A DNA stretch of 49,838 bases from Nemertoderma westbladi (Eukaryota; Animalia; Xenacoelomorpha): the NCBI GenBank assembly GCA_032718475.1, contig JAUCBJ010008812.1:1-49838 (forward strand). The letters run 5' to 3'. Below, in pieces: positions 10,270 to 25,449 of the stretch (its first letter is position 1; every line of letters starts with the position of its first letter). The notes beneath the pieces are model-generated. The model searched no databases, was not told the DNA's origin, and saw nothing but the letters and a program-made list of their open reading frames with translations. The translations under genes and the position numbers were made by a program.

Positions 10270-11900
10270 ACAGCCACAACGGAGGAAACAATCGCCACAA
10301 CAGATGATATAGTTGCCACAACGAAGGAAACAATCGCCACAACGGAGGTTATAGTTGCCACAACGGAGGAAACAATCGCCACAACAGATGATATAGTCGC
10401 CACAACGGCGGATACAATCGCCACAACAGATGATATAGTTGCCACAACGGAGGAAACAATCGCCACATCAGATGATATAGTTGCCACAACGGGGGTAACA
10501 ATAGCCACTACGGAGGTTATAGTTGCCACAACGGCGGAAACAATCGCCACAACTATATTTCCCCGTTGTGGCAACTATAGCATATGTTGTGGCGATTGTT
10601 TCCCCCGTTGTGGCAACTATAACATCTGTTGTGGCGATTGTGTCCCCCGTTGTGGCAACTATATCATCTGGTGTGACGATTATTTCCCCCGTTGTGGCAA
10701 CTATAGTATATGTTGTGGCGATTGTTTCCCCCGTTGTGGCAACTATAACATCTGTTGTGGCGATTATGTCCCCCGTTGTGGCAACTATATCACAAGTTGT
10801 GACGATTATTTCCCCCGTTGTGGCAACTATAGCATCTGTTGTGGCGATTGTTTCCCCCGTTGTGGCAACTATAGCATCTGTTGTGGCGATTGTTTCCCAC
10901 GTTGTGGCAACTATATCATATGTTGTGGCGATTGTTTCCCCCGTTGTGGCAACTATAGCATCTGTTGTGGCGATTGTTTCCCCCGTTGTGGCAACTATAA
11001 CCTCCGTAGTGGCGATTGTTTCACCCGTTATGGGAACTATAACCTCCGTTGTGGCGATTGCTTCCTTCGTTGTGGCAACTATAGAATCCGTTGTAGCGAT
11101 TGTTTCCCCCATTGTGGCAACAATAACATCTGTTGTTGCGATTGTGTCCCCCGTTGTGGCAACTATAGCATATGTTGTGGCAATTGTTTCACCCGTTGTG
11201 GCAACTATAGCATATGTTGTGGCGATTGTTTCCCCCGTTGTGGCAACTATAACCACCGTAGTGGCTATTGTTCTTAGTAAATATTATTCTATAGTCCTTC
11301 GTTGTGGCAACTATAGCATTTGTTGTGGCGATTGTGTCCCCCGTTGTGGCAACTATAGCATCTGTTGTGGCGATTATTTCCCCCGTTGTGGCAACTATAA
11401 CCTCCCGTAGTGGCAATTGTTTCCTCCGTTGTGGCAACTATAACATCTGTTGTGGCGATTGTTTCCCCCGTTGTGGCAACTATAACCTCCGTAGTGGCGA
11501 TTGTTTCACCCGTTGTGGCAACTATAACCTCCGTTGTGGCGATTGCTTCCTTCGTTGTGGCAACTATAGAATCCGTTGTAGCGATTGTTTCCCCCATTGT
11601 GGCAACAATAACATCTGTTGTTGCGATTGTGTCCCCCGTTGTGGCAACTATAGCATATGTTGTGGCAATTGTTTCACCCGTTGTGGCAACTATAGCATAT
11701 GTTGTGGCGATTGTTTCCCCCGTTGTGGCAACTATAACCCCCGTAGTGGCTATTGTTCTTAGTAAATATTATTCTATAGTCCTTCGTTGTGGCAACTATA
11801 GCATTTGTTGTGGCGATTGTGTCCCCCGTTGTGGCAACTATAGCATCTGTTGTGGCGATTGTTTCCCCCGTTGCGGCAACTATAACCTCCGTTGTGACGA
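10270..11900. repeat. 42-bp minisatellite (two 21-bp subunits) with an internal orientation switch at about 10553
   Basis: GCCACAAC-based units at 10270-10553, then reverse-complement GTTGTGGC-based units. A 485-bp higher-order duplication is marked by TTCTTAGTAAATATTATTC at 11271 and 11756. Confidence 0.92.
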
Positions 11901-14099
11901 TTTTATCATCAAAATATTGGAACTGACCCAAACAGTACCCACACACAGATTTATGGAGTTATACTGAGAAACTGAAAGTACTTTGTACCGGTACCATTCT
12001 ATATCAGCACATCTAGGCATGCAGAACATTAATTCCGGTTTTACTTAATTAATTAATTAATTAATTAAGCATTTAAGTCAAATATTTTCTTTCCGTTTTT
12101 CTTCACAATCTTCGTAAATTGTATTTCCAGATCTTTTCGCCTCACCGTTGTGATATGAATGAGTCCGATATAACTCCGTATTCCACCGTTTGGGTCCGTT
12201 TGGGTCCGTTCGGGTTTTTAGTCCTACCCGATAAATTAGCAATATTTTAATTAGGCCTATGCCTTTAATTTCATACACATTTGTTGTTCAACCGATAATC
12301 ACTGACAAAGTTTTTAGTTCAATTTACCCCATAGTTCATTATACCCCGTCCTACCCTAGGACTGTCAGACTGTAGAGCTGGTACCGTCTGAGCGGTACAT
12401 ATTATTTGGTTTTAAAGGCTTAGGTTTTATAGACACAAGTCTGACGCTGACGGACGGAGTGTAGTTCAGTAGTTGGTAGTTGCACCAATCTGCCAATTAC
12501 CTGATCACTGCATTGACAGACTGAATTAGCCTAAGTAGTGAAGTACGGGTACTGAAGTATGATCGTTAAGCTGTTAAGGCTGTAAAGTCAGAAAGTCAGT
12601 CAGTCAGTACAGCAGTAAGGCTGAAGGTGGATGGTGGAGGCTGGACTGCTGAAGGGATACATAACCTTATGTGGTAGTGGTCAGGTGGTAGACGGCGTAA
12701 TCCCGTAATCCAGTAATCCGTGTTGCCATACTGCCATAGGCTGATACAGTGATAAGGGTGCCGGCAGCCCGCGTCCCGGCTGCCCGGTGAATAAATACGT
12801 CAGTACGTGTGAGACTGTGAGATGTGAGATGAGTAGGCGAGTAGGCCTACAGGAGTAGGCCTACCGTAAGTTGTAGGTAAACTGGTGAAAATAGACAGAT
12901 AGAAATTGAGTTAAATCGAAGTAAAAATTAAAAAGTGGGTTCTTATTTAGGTAAGGAAAATGGCTCTTATTTAGGGGTTTTTGGGCCTTTTTTGGATATT
13001 TTTTCGATATAATATGCAATAACTTGTTTCAGGAAAAAAAATACCGTATAATTTTATTTCACAATGTAAAAGTTGGGTCTTTCTTGAACATAATGCAAAA
13101 AACCAGAAAATATTTCACCTTCCGGTTTTTTTCTACAAGCGTTTACAGGTTTTAAAATTGCATCAAAAATTCGACCAGTTCCTAAATACTGACAGACTGA
13201 AATAAGGGCAGAAGGGGGATTTTTAAATTTACCTTATTTAAGATACCGTACCGGTATCGAAATTGTAAACATACCGGTAAATACTACCGGTACTGTAGGC
13301 TACCGGTACTAAAAGTTGGAAGTCCCTAAATAAGAACTTTTTGACCTGGGTTTCTTATTTAGGAATACAATTGTATTCCAAAATCTGCACATTCCTTAAA
13401 TAAATTAATTATTCTTTATTCCTTACAGTAGGTGTTATACACTTCTTTCATACAGTCATAATTCTTTGATTTATGTCAGTCTGTATATTGCTAATTGTTG
13501 GGTTACGGACCAGGCTGCAAATGGAGTGCAAAAATCGCAACGCGTTGTGCGCAGTTTTGAAATAGTGCGCGGTAAAAGTGCCCGGAATTGAAGTAAAAGT
13601 GCGCGGAATTGTGTGAAAACACCAAAAGTGCACGGTAATCTCACTTATAGTGTAAATAATTGTTCAAATTAGAATAAATGCACGAAATATAATACTTTAT
13701 TAAAAAATTAACTCCGGCAATATTTTTACCGGAGCCGGAGCCGGAGGTGCCAAAATGGCCGGAGCCGGAGGCCGGAGCTCCGATCGAGCCCTACTTGTAA
13801 CCCAGTAACCCAGAATAACGTGCCACTGCCGCCCTACTGCAACATGCTGACATGGTCTTTCCTTTATCACAACTTCAAAAATAGCGCGCCGTCCGGTATG
13901 GACAGAAGGATGTTTAATGTGTATAATCAGAGTGCTGTAGGGGCCTAGTGTATTCCCACTCCCGGGGTGTATTTTCCCTAGTGTATTCCCACTCCCGGGG
14001 TGTACTTTCCCATGTGTATTTTAACCCCCTCCAGTGAAAACCCACCCCTGCTACACCGGTACCAGGGTACCGACCGGTACACAAAAATATTTGACACTT

Positions 14100-14692
14100 G
14101 GATACATGACCGAACGTAATCAGGATCGAATGCAACATAGTTATTACGTATCGAACGTAACCGAATTTATGTTACATTAGACAGTTAGATCCTATAACTA
14201 TGTTACATTCGATCTACAAATTACTAAGCCCGAATGTAACATTGCTATTTAAAGGAGCAGGTTACAGAGGCGTGTTAGGGGAACCAAAACAAAAAACGAA
14301 AGTTAACACATGTTACAAGATTATGCAGGTTAGCCTACTTTTATTTAAAGGAGCAGGTTACAGAGGCGTGTTGGGGGAACCAAAACAATAAACCAAAGTT
14401 AACACACTGACACATGTTACAAGATTATGCAGGTTACTTTAATGGGTCTTGGGTCTTTGTTTCTGTGTTTTCTACTCACCAAACAGGTTCTTCCTGTAAA
14501 TAAACGAAGCATTTCATCGGTTAACTCCTGAAATCAAAACACAAGTGAAATAAATGTATGTTACATTCGGGCTTAGTAATACGTAGATCGAATGTAACAT
14601 AGTTATAGGATCCAATGTAACATAATTGAGGTTACATTCAATTCGTAAAAACTATGTTACGTTTGATCCTGATTACGTTCGGTCTGTCACCC
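14100..14692. mobile_element. MITE with ~140-bp TIRs and 9-bp TSD (Mutator/MULE-like, non-autonomous)
   Basis: TTGACACTT at 14091-14099 and 14693-14701; TIR GACCGAACGTAATCAGGATC / GATCCTGATTACGTTCGGTC; internal ~95-bp direct duplication (TATTTAAAGGAGCAGGTTACAGAGGCGTG twice). Confidence 0.8.
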
Positions 14693-14890
14693 TTGACACT
14701 TTTGTAACAATTTCATCTGGTAATCCTCTGAGAATTTCAGTCAGACTGTCTGACCTGTTTGATATTCTGTTTGATTCATACCTACCTGCTTACTGCGGTG
14801 GCATATTTAATGTAATCCGTTTAATATAATAAACCAATACGATAGGGATAGGAAAGGAGTCCCTACCGTACCCAACGATATTATCTATAA

Positions 14891-15802
<912 letters not shown>

Positions 15803-15938
15803 AGGGGGGGTTGCTGTTCGGGTGTTCGTATTTATGAGCCGCTATCAGTTCAGTAGGTTGGGTTCGCATTGTATGTGTGGGGGTCGAATGACGTAAAGTA
15901 AGTAAATAGGGAGCGAAATAAGTTCCAAATAAACGTGG

Positions 15939-18900
15939 ACTCAGTACACAGTGTGCTGAGTTCACTAAGTTAGGACTCACTCCATTGCGTGCTGAGTTCA
16001 CTAAGTTGGCACTCACTCTATTATGAGCTGAGTTCACTAAGTTAGCATTCACTCTATTGTGTGCTAAGTTCACTAAGTTTGGACTCACTCTATTATGAGC
16101 TGAGTTCACTAAGTTAGGACTCACTCCATTGTGTGCTGAGTTCACTAAGTTAGCACTCACTCTATTATGAGCTGAGTTAACTAAGTTGGCACTCTCTCTA
16201 TTGTGTGCTGAGTTCACTAAGTTAGCACTCACTATATCATGAGCTGAGTTCACTAAGTTAGCACTCACTCCATTGTGTGCTGAGTTCACTAAGTTAGCAC
16301 TCACTCCATTGTGTGCTGAGTTCACTAAGTTAGCACTCACTCTATTATGAGCTGAGTTCGCTAAGTTGGCACTCACTCCATTGTGTGCTGAGTTCACTAA
16401 GTTGGCACTCTCTATTGTGTGCTGAGTTCACTAAGTTAGTACTCACTCCATTGTGTGCTGAGTTCACTAAGTTAGCACTCACTCTATTGTGCGCTGAGTT
16501 CACTAAGTTAGCACTCCATTGTGTGCTGAGTTCACTAAGTTAGCACTCACTCTATTATGAGCTGAGTTCGCTTAGTTGGCACTCTCTCCATTGTGTGCTG
16601 AGTTCACTAAGTTGGCACTCTCTCTATTGTGTGCTGAGTTCACTAAGTTAGCACTCACTCTATTATGAGCTGAGTTCGCTAAGTTGGCACTCACTCTATT
16701 ATGAGCTGAGTTCGCTAAGTTGGCACTCTCTCTATTGTGTGCTGAGTTCACTAAGTTATCACTCACTCTATTATGAGCTGAGTCCACCAAGTTAGCACTC
16801 ACTCTATTATGTGCTGTGTTCACTAAGTTAGCACTCATTGTATTATGAGCTGAGTTCACTAAGTTAGCACTCACTCTATTATGAGCTGAGTTCACTAAGT
16901 TGGCATTCTCTCTATTGTGTGCTGAGTTCACTAAGTTAACACTCACTCCATTGTGTGCTGAGTTCACTAAGTTGACACTCTCTCTATTGTGTGCTGAGTT
17001 CACTAAGTTAGCACTCACTCTATTGTGTGCTGAGTTCGCTAAGTTGGCGCTCTCTATTGTGTGCTGTGTTCACTAAGTTAGCACTCACTCTATTGTGTGC
17101 TGAGTTCACTAAGTTAGCACTCACTCTCTTATGAGCTGAGTTTACTAAGTTAGCACTCACTCTATTATGAGCTGAGTTCACTAAGTTAGCACTCACACTA
17201 TTGTGTGCTGAGTTCACTAAGTTAGCACTCACTCTATTGTGTGCTGAGTTCACTAAGTTAGCACTCACTCTCTTATGAGCTGAGTTTACTAAGTTAGCAC
17301 TCACTCTATTATGTGCTGAGTTCACTAAGTTGGCACTCACTCCATTGTGTGCTGAGTTCACTAAGGTAGCACTCACTCTATTGTGTGCTGAGTTCACTAA
17401 GTTAGCACTCACTCTATTATGAGCTGAGTCCACCAAGTTAGCACTCACTCTATTATGTGCTGTGTTCACTAAGTTAGCACTCATTGTATTATGAGCTGAG
17501 TTCACTAAGTTAGCACTCACTCTATTATGAGCTGAGTTCACTAAGTTGGCATTCTCTCTATTGTGTGCTGAGTTCACTAAGTTAACACTCACTCCATTGT
17601 GTGCTGAGTTCACTAGGTTGACACTCTCTCTATTGTGTGCTGAGTTCACTAAGTTAGCACTCACTCTATTGTGTGCTGAGTTCGCTAAGTTGGCGCTCTC
17701 TATTGTGTGCTGCGTTCACTAAGTTAGCACTCACTCTATTGTGTGCTGAGTTCACTAAGTTAGCACTCACTCTCTTATGAGCTGAGTTTACTAAGTTAGC
17801 ACTCACTCTATTATGAGCTGAGTTCACTAAGTTAGCACTCACACTATTGTGTGCTGAGTTCACTAAGTTAGCACTCACTCTATTGTGTGCTGAGTTCACT
17901 AAGTTAGCACTCACTCTCTTATGAGCTGAGTTTACTAAGTTAGCACTCACTCTATTATGTGCTGAGTTCACTAAGTTGGCACTCACTCCATTGTGTGCTG
18001 AGTTCACTAAGGTAGCACTCACTCTATTGTGTGCTGAGTTCACTAAGTTAGCACTCACACTATTGTGTGCTGAGTTCACTAAGTTAGCACTCACTCTATT
18101 GTGTGCTGAGTTCACTAAGTTAGCACTCACTCTCTTATGAGCTGAGTTTACTAAGTTAGCACTCACTCTATTATGTGCTGAGTTCACTAAGTTGGCACTC
18201 ACTCCATTGTGTGCTGAGTTCACTAAGTTAGCACTCACTCTATTGTGTGCTGAGTTCACTAAGTTGGCACTCTCTCTATTGTGTGCTGAGTTCACTAAGT
18301 TAGCACTCACTCTATGTGAGTTCACTAAGTTAACACTCACTCTATTGTGTGCTGAGTTCACTAAGTTAGCACTCACTCTATTATGAGCTGAGTTCACTAA
18401 GTTAGCACTCACTCTATTATGAGCTGAGTTCACTAAGTTAGCACTCTCTCTATTGTGTGATGAGTTCACTAAGTTAGCACTCACTCTATTGTGTGCTGAG
18501 TTCACTAAGTTGGCACTCTCTCTATTGTGTGCTGAGTTCACTAAGTTAGCACTCACTCTATTATGAACTGAGTTCACTAAGTTAGCACTCACTCTATTGT
18601 GTGCTGAGTTCACTAAGTTAGCACTCACTCTATTGTGTGCTGAGTTCACTAAGTTGGCACTCACTCTATTATGTGCTGAGTTCACTAAGTTGGCACTCTC
18701 TCTATTGTGTGCTGAGTTCACTAAGTTAGCACTCACTCTATTATGAACTGAGTTCACTAAGTTAGCACTCACTCTATTGTGTGCTGAGTTCACTAAGTTA
18801 GCACTCACTCTATTGTGTGCTGAGTTCACTAAGTTAGCACTCACTCTATTATGAACTGAGTTCACTAAGTTAGCACTCACTCTATTATGAGCTGAGTTCA

Positions 18901-21900
18901 CTAAGTTAGCACTCTCTCTATTGTGTGCTGAGTTCACTAAGTTAGCACTCACTCTATTGTGTGCTGAGTTCACTAAGTTGGCACTCACTCTATTATGAGC
19001 TGAGTTCGCTAAGTTAGCACTCACTCTATTGTGTGCTGAGTTCACTAAGTTAGCACTCACTCTATTGTGTGCTGAGTTCACTAAGTTGGCACTCTCTCTA
19101 TTGTGTGCTGAGTTCACTAAGTTAGCACTCACTCTATTATGAACTGAGTTCACTAAGTTAGCACTCACTCTATTGTGTGCTGAGTTCACTAAGTTAGCAC
19201 TCACTCTATTATGAGCTGAGTTCACTAAGTTAGCACTCACTCTATTATGAGCTGAGTTCACTAAGTTAGCACTCACTCTATTATGAGCTGAGTTCGCTTA
19301 GTTGGCACTCTCTCCATTGTGTGCTGAGTTCACTAAGTTGGCACTCTCTCTATTGTGTGCTGAGTTCACTAAGTTAGCACTCACTCTATTATGAGCTGAG
19401 TTCGCTAAGTTGGCACTCACTCTATTATGAGCTGAGTTCGCTAAGTTGGCACTCTCTCTATTGTGTGCTGAGTTCACTAAGTTATCACTCACTCCATTGT
19501 GTGCTGAGTTCACTAAGTTAGCACTCACTCTATTGTGTGCTGAGTTCACTAAGTTAGCACTCACTCTATTATGAGCTGAGTCCACCAAGTTAGCACTCAC
19601 TCTATTATGTGCTGTGTTCACTAAGTTAGCACTCATTGTATTATGAGCTGAGTTCACTAAGTTAGCACTCACTCTATTATGAGCTGAGTTCACTAAGTTG
19701 GCATTCTCTCTATTGTGTGCTGAGTTCACTAAGTTAACACTCACTCCATTGTGTGCTGAGTTCACTAAGTTGACACTCTCTCTATTGTGTGCTGAGTTCA
19801 CTAAGTTAGCACTCACTCTATTGTGTGCTGAGTTCGCTAAGTTGGCGCTCTCTATTGTGTGCTGTGTTCACTAAGTTAGCACTCACTCTATTGTGTGCTG
19901 AGTTCACTAAGTTAGCACTCACTCTCTTATGAGCTGAGTTTACTAAGTTAGCACTCACTCTATTATGAGCTGAGTTCACTAAGTTAGCACTCACACTATT
20001 GTGTGCTGAGTTCACTAAGTTAGCACTCACTCTATTGTGTGCTGAGTTCACTAAGTTAGCACTCACTCTCTTATGAGCTGAGTTTACTAAGTTAGCACTC
20101 ACTCTATTATGTGCTGAGTTCACTAAGTTGGCACTCACTCCATTGTGTGCTGAGTTCACTAAGGTAGCACTCACTCTATTGTGTGCTGAGTTCACTAAGT
20201 TAGCACTCACTCTATTATGAGCTGAGTCCACCAAGTTAGCACTCACTCTATTATGTGCTGTGTTCACTAAGTTAGCACTCATTGTATTATGAGCTGAGTT
20301 CACTAAGTTAGCACTCACTCTATTATGAGCTGAGTTCACTAAGTTGGCATTCTCTCTATTGTGTGCTGAGTTCACTAAGTTAACACTCACTCCATTGTGT
20401 GCTGAGTTCACTAGGTTGACACTCTCTCTATTGTGTGCTGAGTTCACTAAGTTAGCACTCACTCTATTGTGTGCTGAGTTCGCTAAGTTGGCGCTCTCTA
20501 TTGTGTGCTGCGTTCACTAAGTTAGCACTCACTCTATTGTGTGCTGAGTTCACTAAGTTAGCACTCACTCTCTTATGAGCTGAGTTTACTAAGTTAGCAC
20601 TCACTCTATTATGAGCTGAGTTCACTAAGTTAGCACTCACACTATTGTGTGCTGAGTTCACTAAGTTAGCACTCACTCTATTGTGTGCTGAGTTCACTAA
20701 GTTAGCACTCACTCTCTTATGAGCTGAGTTTACTAAGTTAGCACTCACTCTATTATGTGCTGAGTTCACTAAGTTGGCACTCACTCCATTGTGTGCTGAG
20801 TTCACTAAGGTAGCACTCACTCTATTGTGTGCTGAGTTCACTAAGTTAGCACTCACACTATTGTGTGCTGAGTTCACTAAGTTAGCACTCACTCTATTGT
20901 GTGCTGAGTTCACTAAGTTAGCACTCACTCTCTTATGAGCTGAGTTTACTAAGTTAGCACTCACTCTATTATGTGCTGAGTTCACTAAGTTGGCACTCAC
21001 TCCATTGTGTGCTGAGTTCACTAAGTTAGCACTCACTCTATTGTGTGCTGAGTTCACTAAGTTGGCACTCTCTCTATTGTGTGCTGAGTTCACTAAGTTA
21101 GCACTCACTCTATTATGAACTGAGTTCACTAAGTTAACACTCACTCTATTGTGTGCTGAGTTCACTAAGTTAGCACTCACTCTATTATGAGCTGAGTTCA
21201 CTAAGTTAGCACTCACTCTATTATGAGCTGAGTTCACTAAGTTAGCACTCTCTCTATTGTGTGATGAGTTCACTAAGTTAGCACTCACTCTATTGTGTGC
21301 TGAGTTCACTAAGTTGGCACTCTCTCTATTGTGTGCTGAGTTCACTAAGTTAGCACTCACTCTATTATGAACTGAGTTCACTAAGTTAGCACTCACTCTA
21401 TTGTGTGCTGAGTTCACTAAGTTAGCACTCACTCTATTGTGTGCTGAGTTCACTAAGTTGGCACTCACTCTATTATGTGCTGAGTTCACTAAGTTGGCAC
21501 TCTCTCTATTGTGTGCTGAGTTCACTAAGTTAGCACTCACTCTATTATGAACTGAGTTCACTAAGTTAGCACTCACTCTATTGTGTGCTGAGTTCACTAA
21601 GTTAGCACTCACTCTATTGTGTGCTGAGTTCACTAAGTTAGCACTCACTCTATTATGAACTGAGTTCACTAAGTTAGCACTCACTCTATTATGAGCTGAG
21701 TTCACTAAGTTAGCACTCTCTCTATTGTGTGCTGAGTTCACTAAGTTAGCACTCACTCTATTGTGTGCTGAGTTCACTAAGTTGGCACTCACTCTATTAT
21801 GAGCTGAGTTCGCTAAGTTAGCACTCACTCTATTGTGTGCTGAGTTCACTAAGTTAGCATTCACTCTATTGTGTGCTGAGTTCACTAAGTTGGCACTCTC

Positions 21901-22550
21901 TCTATTGTGTGCTGAGTTCACTAAGTTAGCACTCACTCTATTATGAACTGAGTTCACTAAGTTAGCACTCACTCTATTGTGTGCTGAGTTCACTAAGTTA
22001 GCACTCACTCTATTATGAGCTGAGTTCACTAAGTTAGCACTCACTCTATTATGAGCTGAGTTCACTAAGTTAGCACTCACTCTATTGTGTGCTGAGTTCA
22101 CTAAGTTAGCACTCACTCTATTGTGTGCTGAGTTCACTAAGTTGGCACTCTCTCTATTGTGTGCTGAGTTCACTAAGTTAGCACTCACTCTATTGTGTGC
22201 TGAGTTCACTAAGTTGGCACTCTCTCTATTGTGTGCTGAGTTCACTAAGTTAGCACTCACTCTATTATGAACTGAGTTCACTAAGTTAGCACTCACTCTA
22301 TTGTGTGCTGAGTTCACTAAGTTAGCACTCACTCTATTATGAGCTGAGTTCACTAAGTTAGCACTCACTCTATTATGAGCTGAGTTCACTAAGTTAGCAC
22401 TCTCTCTATTGTGTGCTGAGGTCACTAAGTTAGCACTCACTCTATTATGAGCTGAGTTCACTAAGTTAGCACTCACTCTATTGTGTGCTGAGTTCACTAA
22501 GTTGGTATGGTACTCACTCTAATTGTGTATATTATACTGAGTTCACTTTT
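15939..22550. repeat. 36-bp tandem minisatellite, ~6.6 kb, with a ~2.8-kb higher-order duplication
   Basis: Consensus GTGCTGAGTTCACTAAGTTAGCACTCACTCTATTGT repeated head-to-tail about 180 times. Diagnostic variant blocks recur at 16561/19287, 17020/19818 and 17666/20464. Confidence 0.97.
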
Positions 22551-24136
22551 ATATCACTTAGTATCATTATTGGATTACAGACGGAATTAATTTACTTTTT
22601 GGTTTACTTTTATTTATTTAGAGGGGTTTTTGATTATATTTATGTTGATGCGGGGAAATGTGATAATTATATAATATATCCGTTGTAATGTAATGTAGGT
22701 AAGGTATTGTATATACTATTCCATCTCTTTAGTTGCAAATTAATAATCTGTAACAAAACAACTATGAGATTTATTTATTTCATACTTTCCTTGAATTTTT
22801 TGGTATTTGGAAATTTTCGAAGCCACTTAACGGCTACCATCCCTCCTTTACTCCCTTGGTTGTTCTTCACATTGTCCACTACTATTATTCGATATCATTA
22901 GAAAACTGGCCTTACAAGTATTCAAAATTTGTAAAAATAGATGTTTAAGAAATGACGTGAATGTTCTAAGTCATATCAATTATAGCGTTTTAGATTGTGT
23001 AGAAAATAAATAACATAGCGCAGCCGCAGCCGCAGCCGCAGATGCAAATCTATGCAACGCTTCCATTACTCATCCGCCATTTTTGGCAACGGTATTAAAA
23101 TGTTTTTACATAACGAACTACCTAATTAATTACAGCTAACTAAATCCTATGATATCTAATAATATAAAGCGGCTACTGAGAAATAATAATCACCATCGAA
23201 TGATCTAATTTAACAACAGACAATATTTTAAAACGCTGGTTAAAAAGTTAAAGTCAAAATCAAAATTTTTGGCGCTTACCTGATATCGACGGTGAGTTGA
23301 GCTGGTTTTGTAAAAAAACGCGTGCTACATCGTAACTACCCGGACCGTTTGCACCTGTCGCACCATACCGCTGAAAAAGTCAGTATTCAGTAGCCAATTT
23401 TGTCATGGTGGGGGTATAGCTGGGGGGAGAGCTCGCCAAAAGTTTCTGAACTAACAATTTCTATCACAAAAATATAAAAATATAATAAAAACAAGAAAAT
23501 ATAAACAATTTTAAAAATATGTACAATATTTTAGGAACCGTACTAAATTAAATAGACTAATTTGAATGAGCCCAAAATAATAACAACAGAGTCTAAATTC
23601 ATCCCAATTGCAAAGCTTGAATTTTATCTCAATGAATTATTCTGCCATGTTTTTCATTCGACCCTAGTATAAGGGGCTGAAAATAGTGACAAATTGAAAA
23701 AATACTGATTGGTGTATTTAAAGTATTTTTTTCATCAGATTTTTCTTTATAAATGTGTTTTCCGATGTAAAGTTTTATGGTGATTCCGAATCTGAAATCA
23801 GTTTTTCGCTAAGTTGTATCGTTCTCGAGTTATGGAAACTTATGATCTACTAAATATACGACCACATACTAAATACGATTAAATATACGGATTTTTTCTC
23901 GTTTTTGGTTTATTTTAATACTGAATGTATGGGAAAGTGGTAGGTTTCGGGTAACTTTTTAAGTTTTTATTTTTATGTTGCTCTTTTTTCAATTTTCCTT
24001 CGTGCATAATTATGCTATGTGGGTCTTCGAATTTAAAGTTAGTAATTTTTAAATTGTGGCAGTAGTTTATGTGATGGTAGCAAATGTGTTTAAATTGCTA
24101 TCCATCAATATCTGATTCAGAAATAACCACCCTGAT

Positions 24137-24526
24137 TTATGTTCGGCTATAATGTATGCGGCTATAATGTATGCGGCTATAATGTATGCGGCTATAATGT
24201 GTGCGGCTATAATATGCGGCTATAATGTATGCGGCTATAATGTATGCGGCTATAATGTATGCGGCTATAATGTATGCGGCTATAATGTATGCGGCTATAA
24301 TGTATGCGGCTATAATGTATGCGGCTATAATGTATGCGGCTATAATGTATGCGGCTATAATGTATGCGGCTATAATGTATGCGGCTATAATGTATGCGGC
24401 TATAATGTATGCGGCTATAATGTATGCGGCTATATTGTATGCGGCTATAATGTATGCGGCTATAATGTATGCGGCTATAATGTATGCGGCTATAATGTAT
24501 GCGGCTATAATGTATGCGGCTATATT
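24137..24526. repeat. 15-bp tandem repeat (GCGGCTATAATGTAT)n, about 26 copies
   Basis: Nearly perfect array seen directly. Confidence 0.97.
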
Positions 24527-24574
24527 ATCATCAAAGAACATCTGAAGACCTAAGAATTTAGTTCATTCCATGCC

Positions 24575-24882
24575 TATCTACTACTCTACTAGGATCGACA
24601 TGCTGCATTGCAGCTACATTTTTAAGAATGCTGTGCCGGCTTGTCGACAAAATTGCGCCACCACAACTCCCTATCACCCATGACATTTGCTAGATCATCC
24701 GCATCTTCAAGGCCAGTGTCCTTTAAGATGCGTCTCAAGAAAGTCATGGGCTGTCCACCATGCTTATTCACTCCATGAGGCTGCCAAAGCACAAGATTAT
24801 GCACTGGCTGGTCCTCACGGCGAAAGCAATGTCCTGCAAAGCGGAGGCGACTTTGTTCGAGTGTCAATCTTGGGGGAACCAT
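24575..24882 (-). mobile_element. 5'-truncated 3' end of an RTE-clade LINE
   Basis: RLRFAGHCFRREDQPVHNLVLWQP...MGDRELW parallels RLRFSGHCWR...LLFWQP...MENREAW of the copy at 37038; TAG-rich tail. Confidence 0.75.
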
Positions 24883-25449
24883 GAACTACTATATATACGA
24901 CCATGAACGATATTTTTGTAGTTTATGGGGAGTAGGCCCCATAGCGCCGGGACCGGAACCAGTTTTTTTTCACAAAATCCGCCTGGAATTCCGGCCCGGC
25001 TGGAATTCAGTTCATATCCGGCACACCTCTACTCTACTGTAGCTCTCTGCAACAGTAGTATTTCTCTCACATTCCAACGGTATTGAAATATCTGAAGTAC
25101 CAGTGCCGGTTTCAAACATTACATACAATCTCGAGCCTCTGAAATAAATATAAATTCATTGAATTTATATGTAACTAACGTTTAATACGATTTCTGAACA
25201 TAAAACAATTCGGGATAAGCATAATAAACAACTTTGGTCTCACATTACATTTGTTAAATACAAGTCTACATACCAGCCTATAGTGTTTATAAATAAACAA
25301 AAGTGCGACAAATAAAATAATTACTAATTAATCGAAATAACAATATGTTACCGAGGAAAAAATCACTAAACGAATATGTTGTTGCCATAACAACACGCCT
25401 CTCTCAATAATTGACCAATAATATGCGTTTTATAGTTAAGTATAAATCT

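Noticed and set aside
10210-11967. Thr-rich mucin-like or Cys-rich ORFs
   Set aside because: Several frames on both strands are open only because of the 42-bp repeat; no signal peptide or unique domain.
15939-22550. CRISPR array (36-bp, partly palindromic unit)
   Set aside because: Units are contiguous with no unique spacers, there are no cas genes, and the context is eukaryotic.
23060-23380. Possible minus-strand start codon context (AAAATGGCGG) and splice-flanked segment
   Set aside because: No coherent reading frame or downstream exons could be assembled.
24137-24553. (IIAAY)n / (CGYNV)n ORFs
   Set aside because: Translations of the 15-bp tandem repeat.
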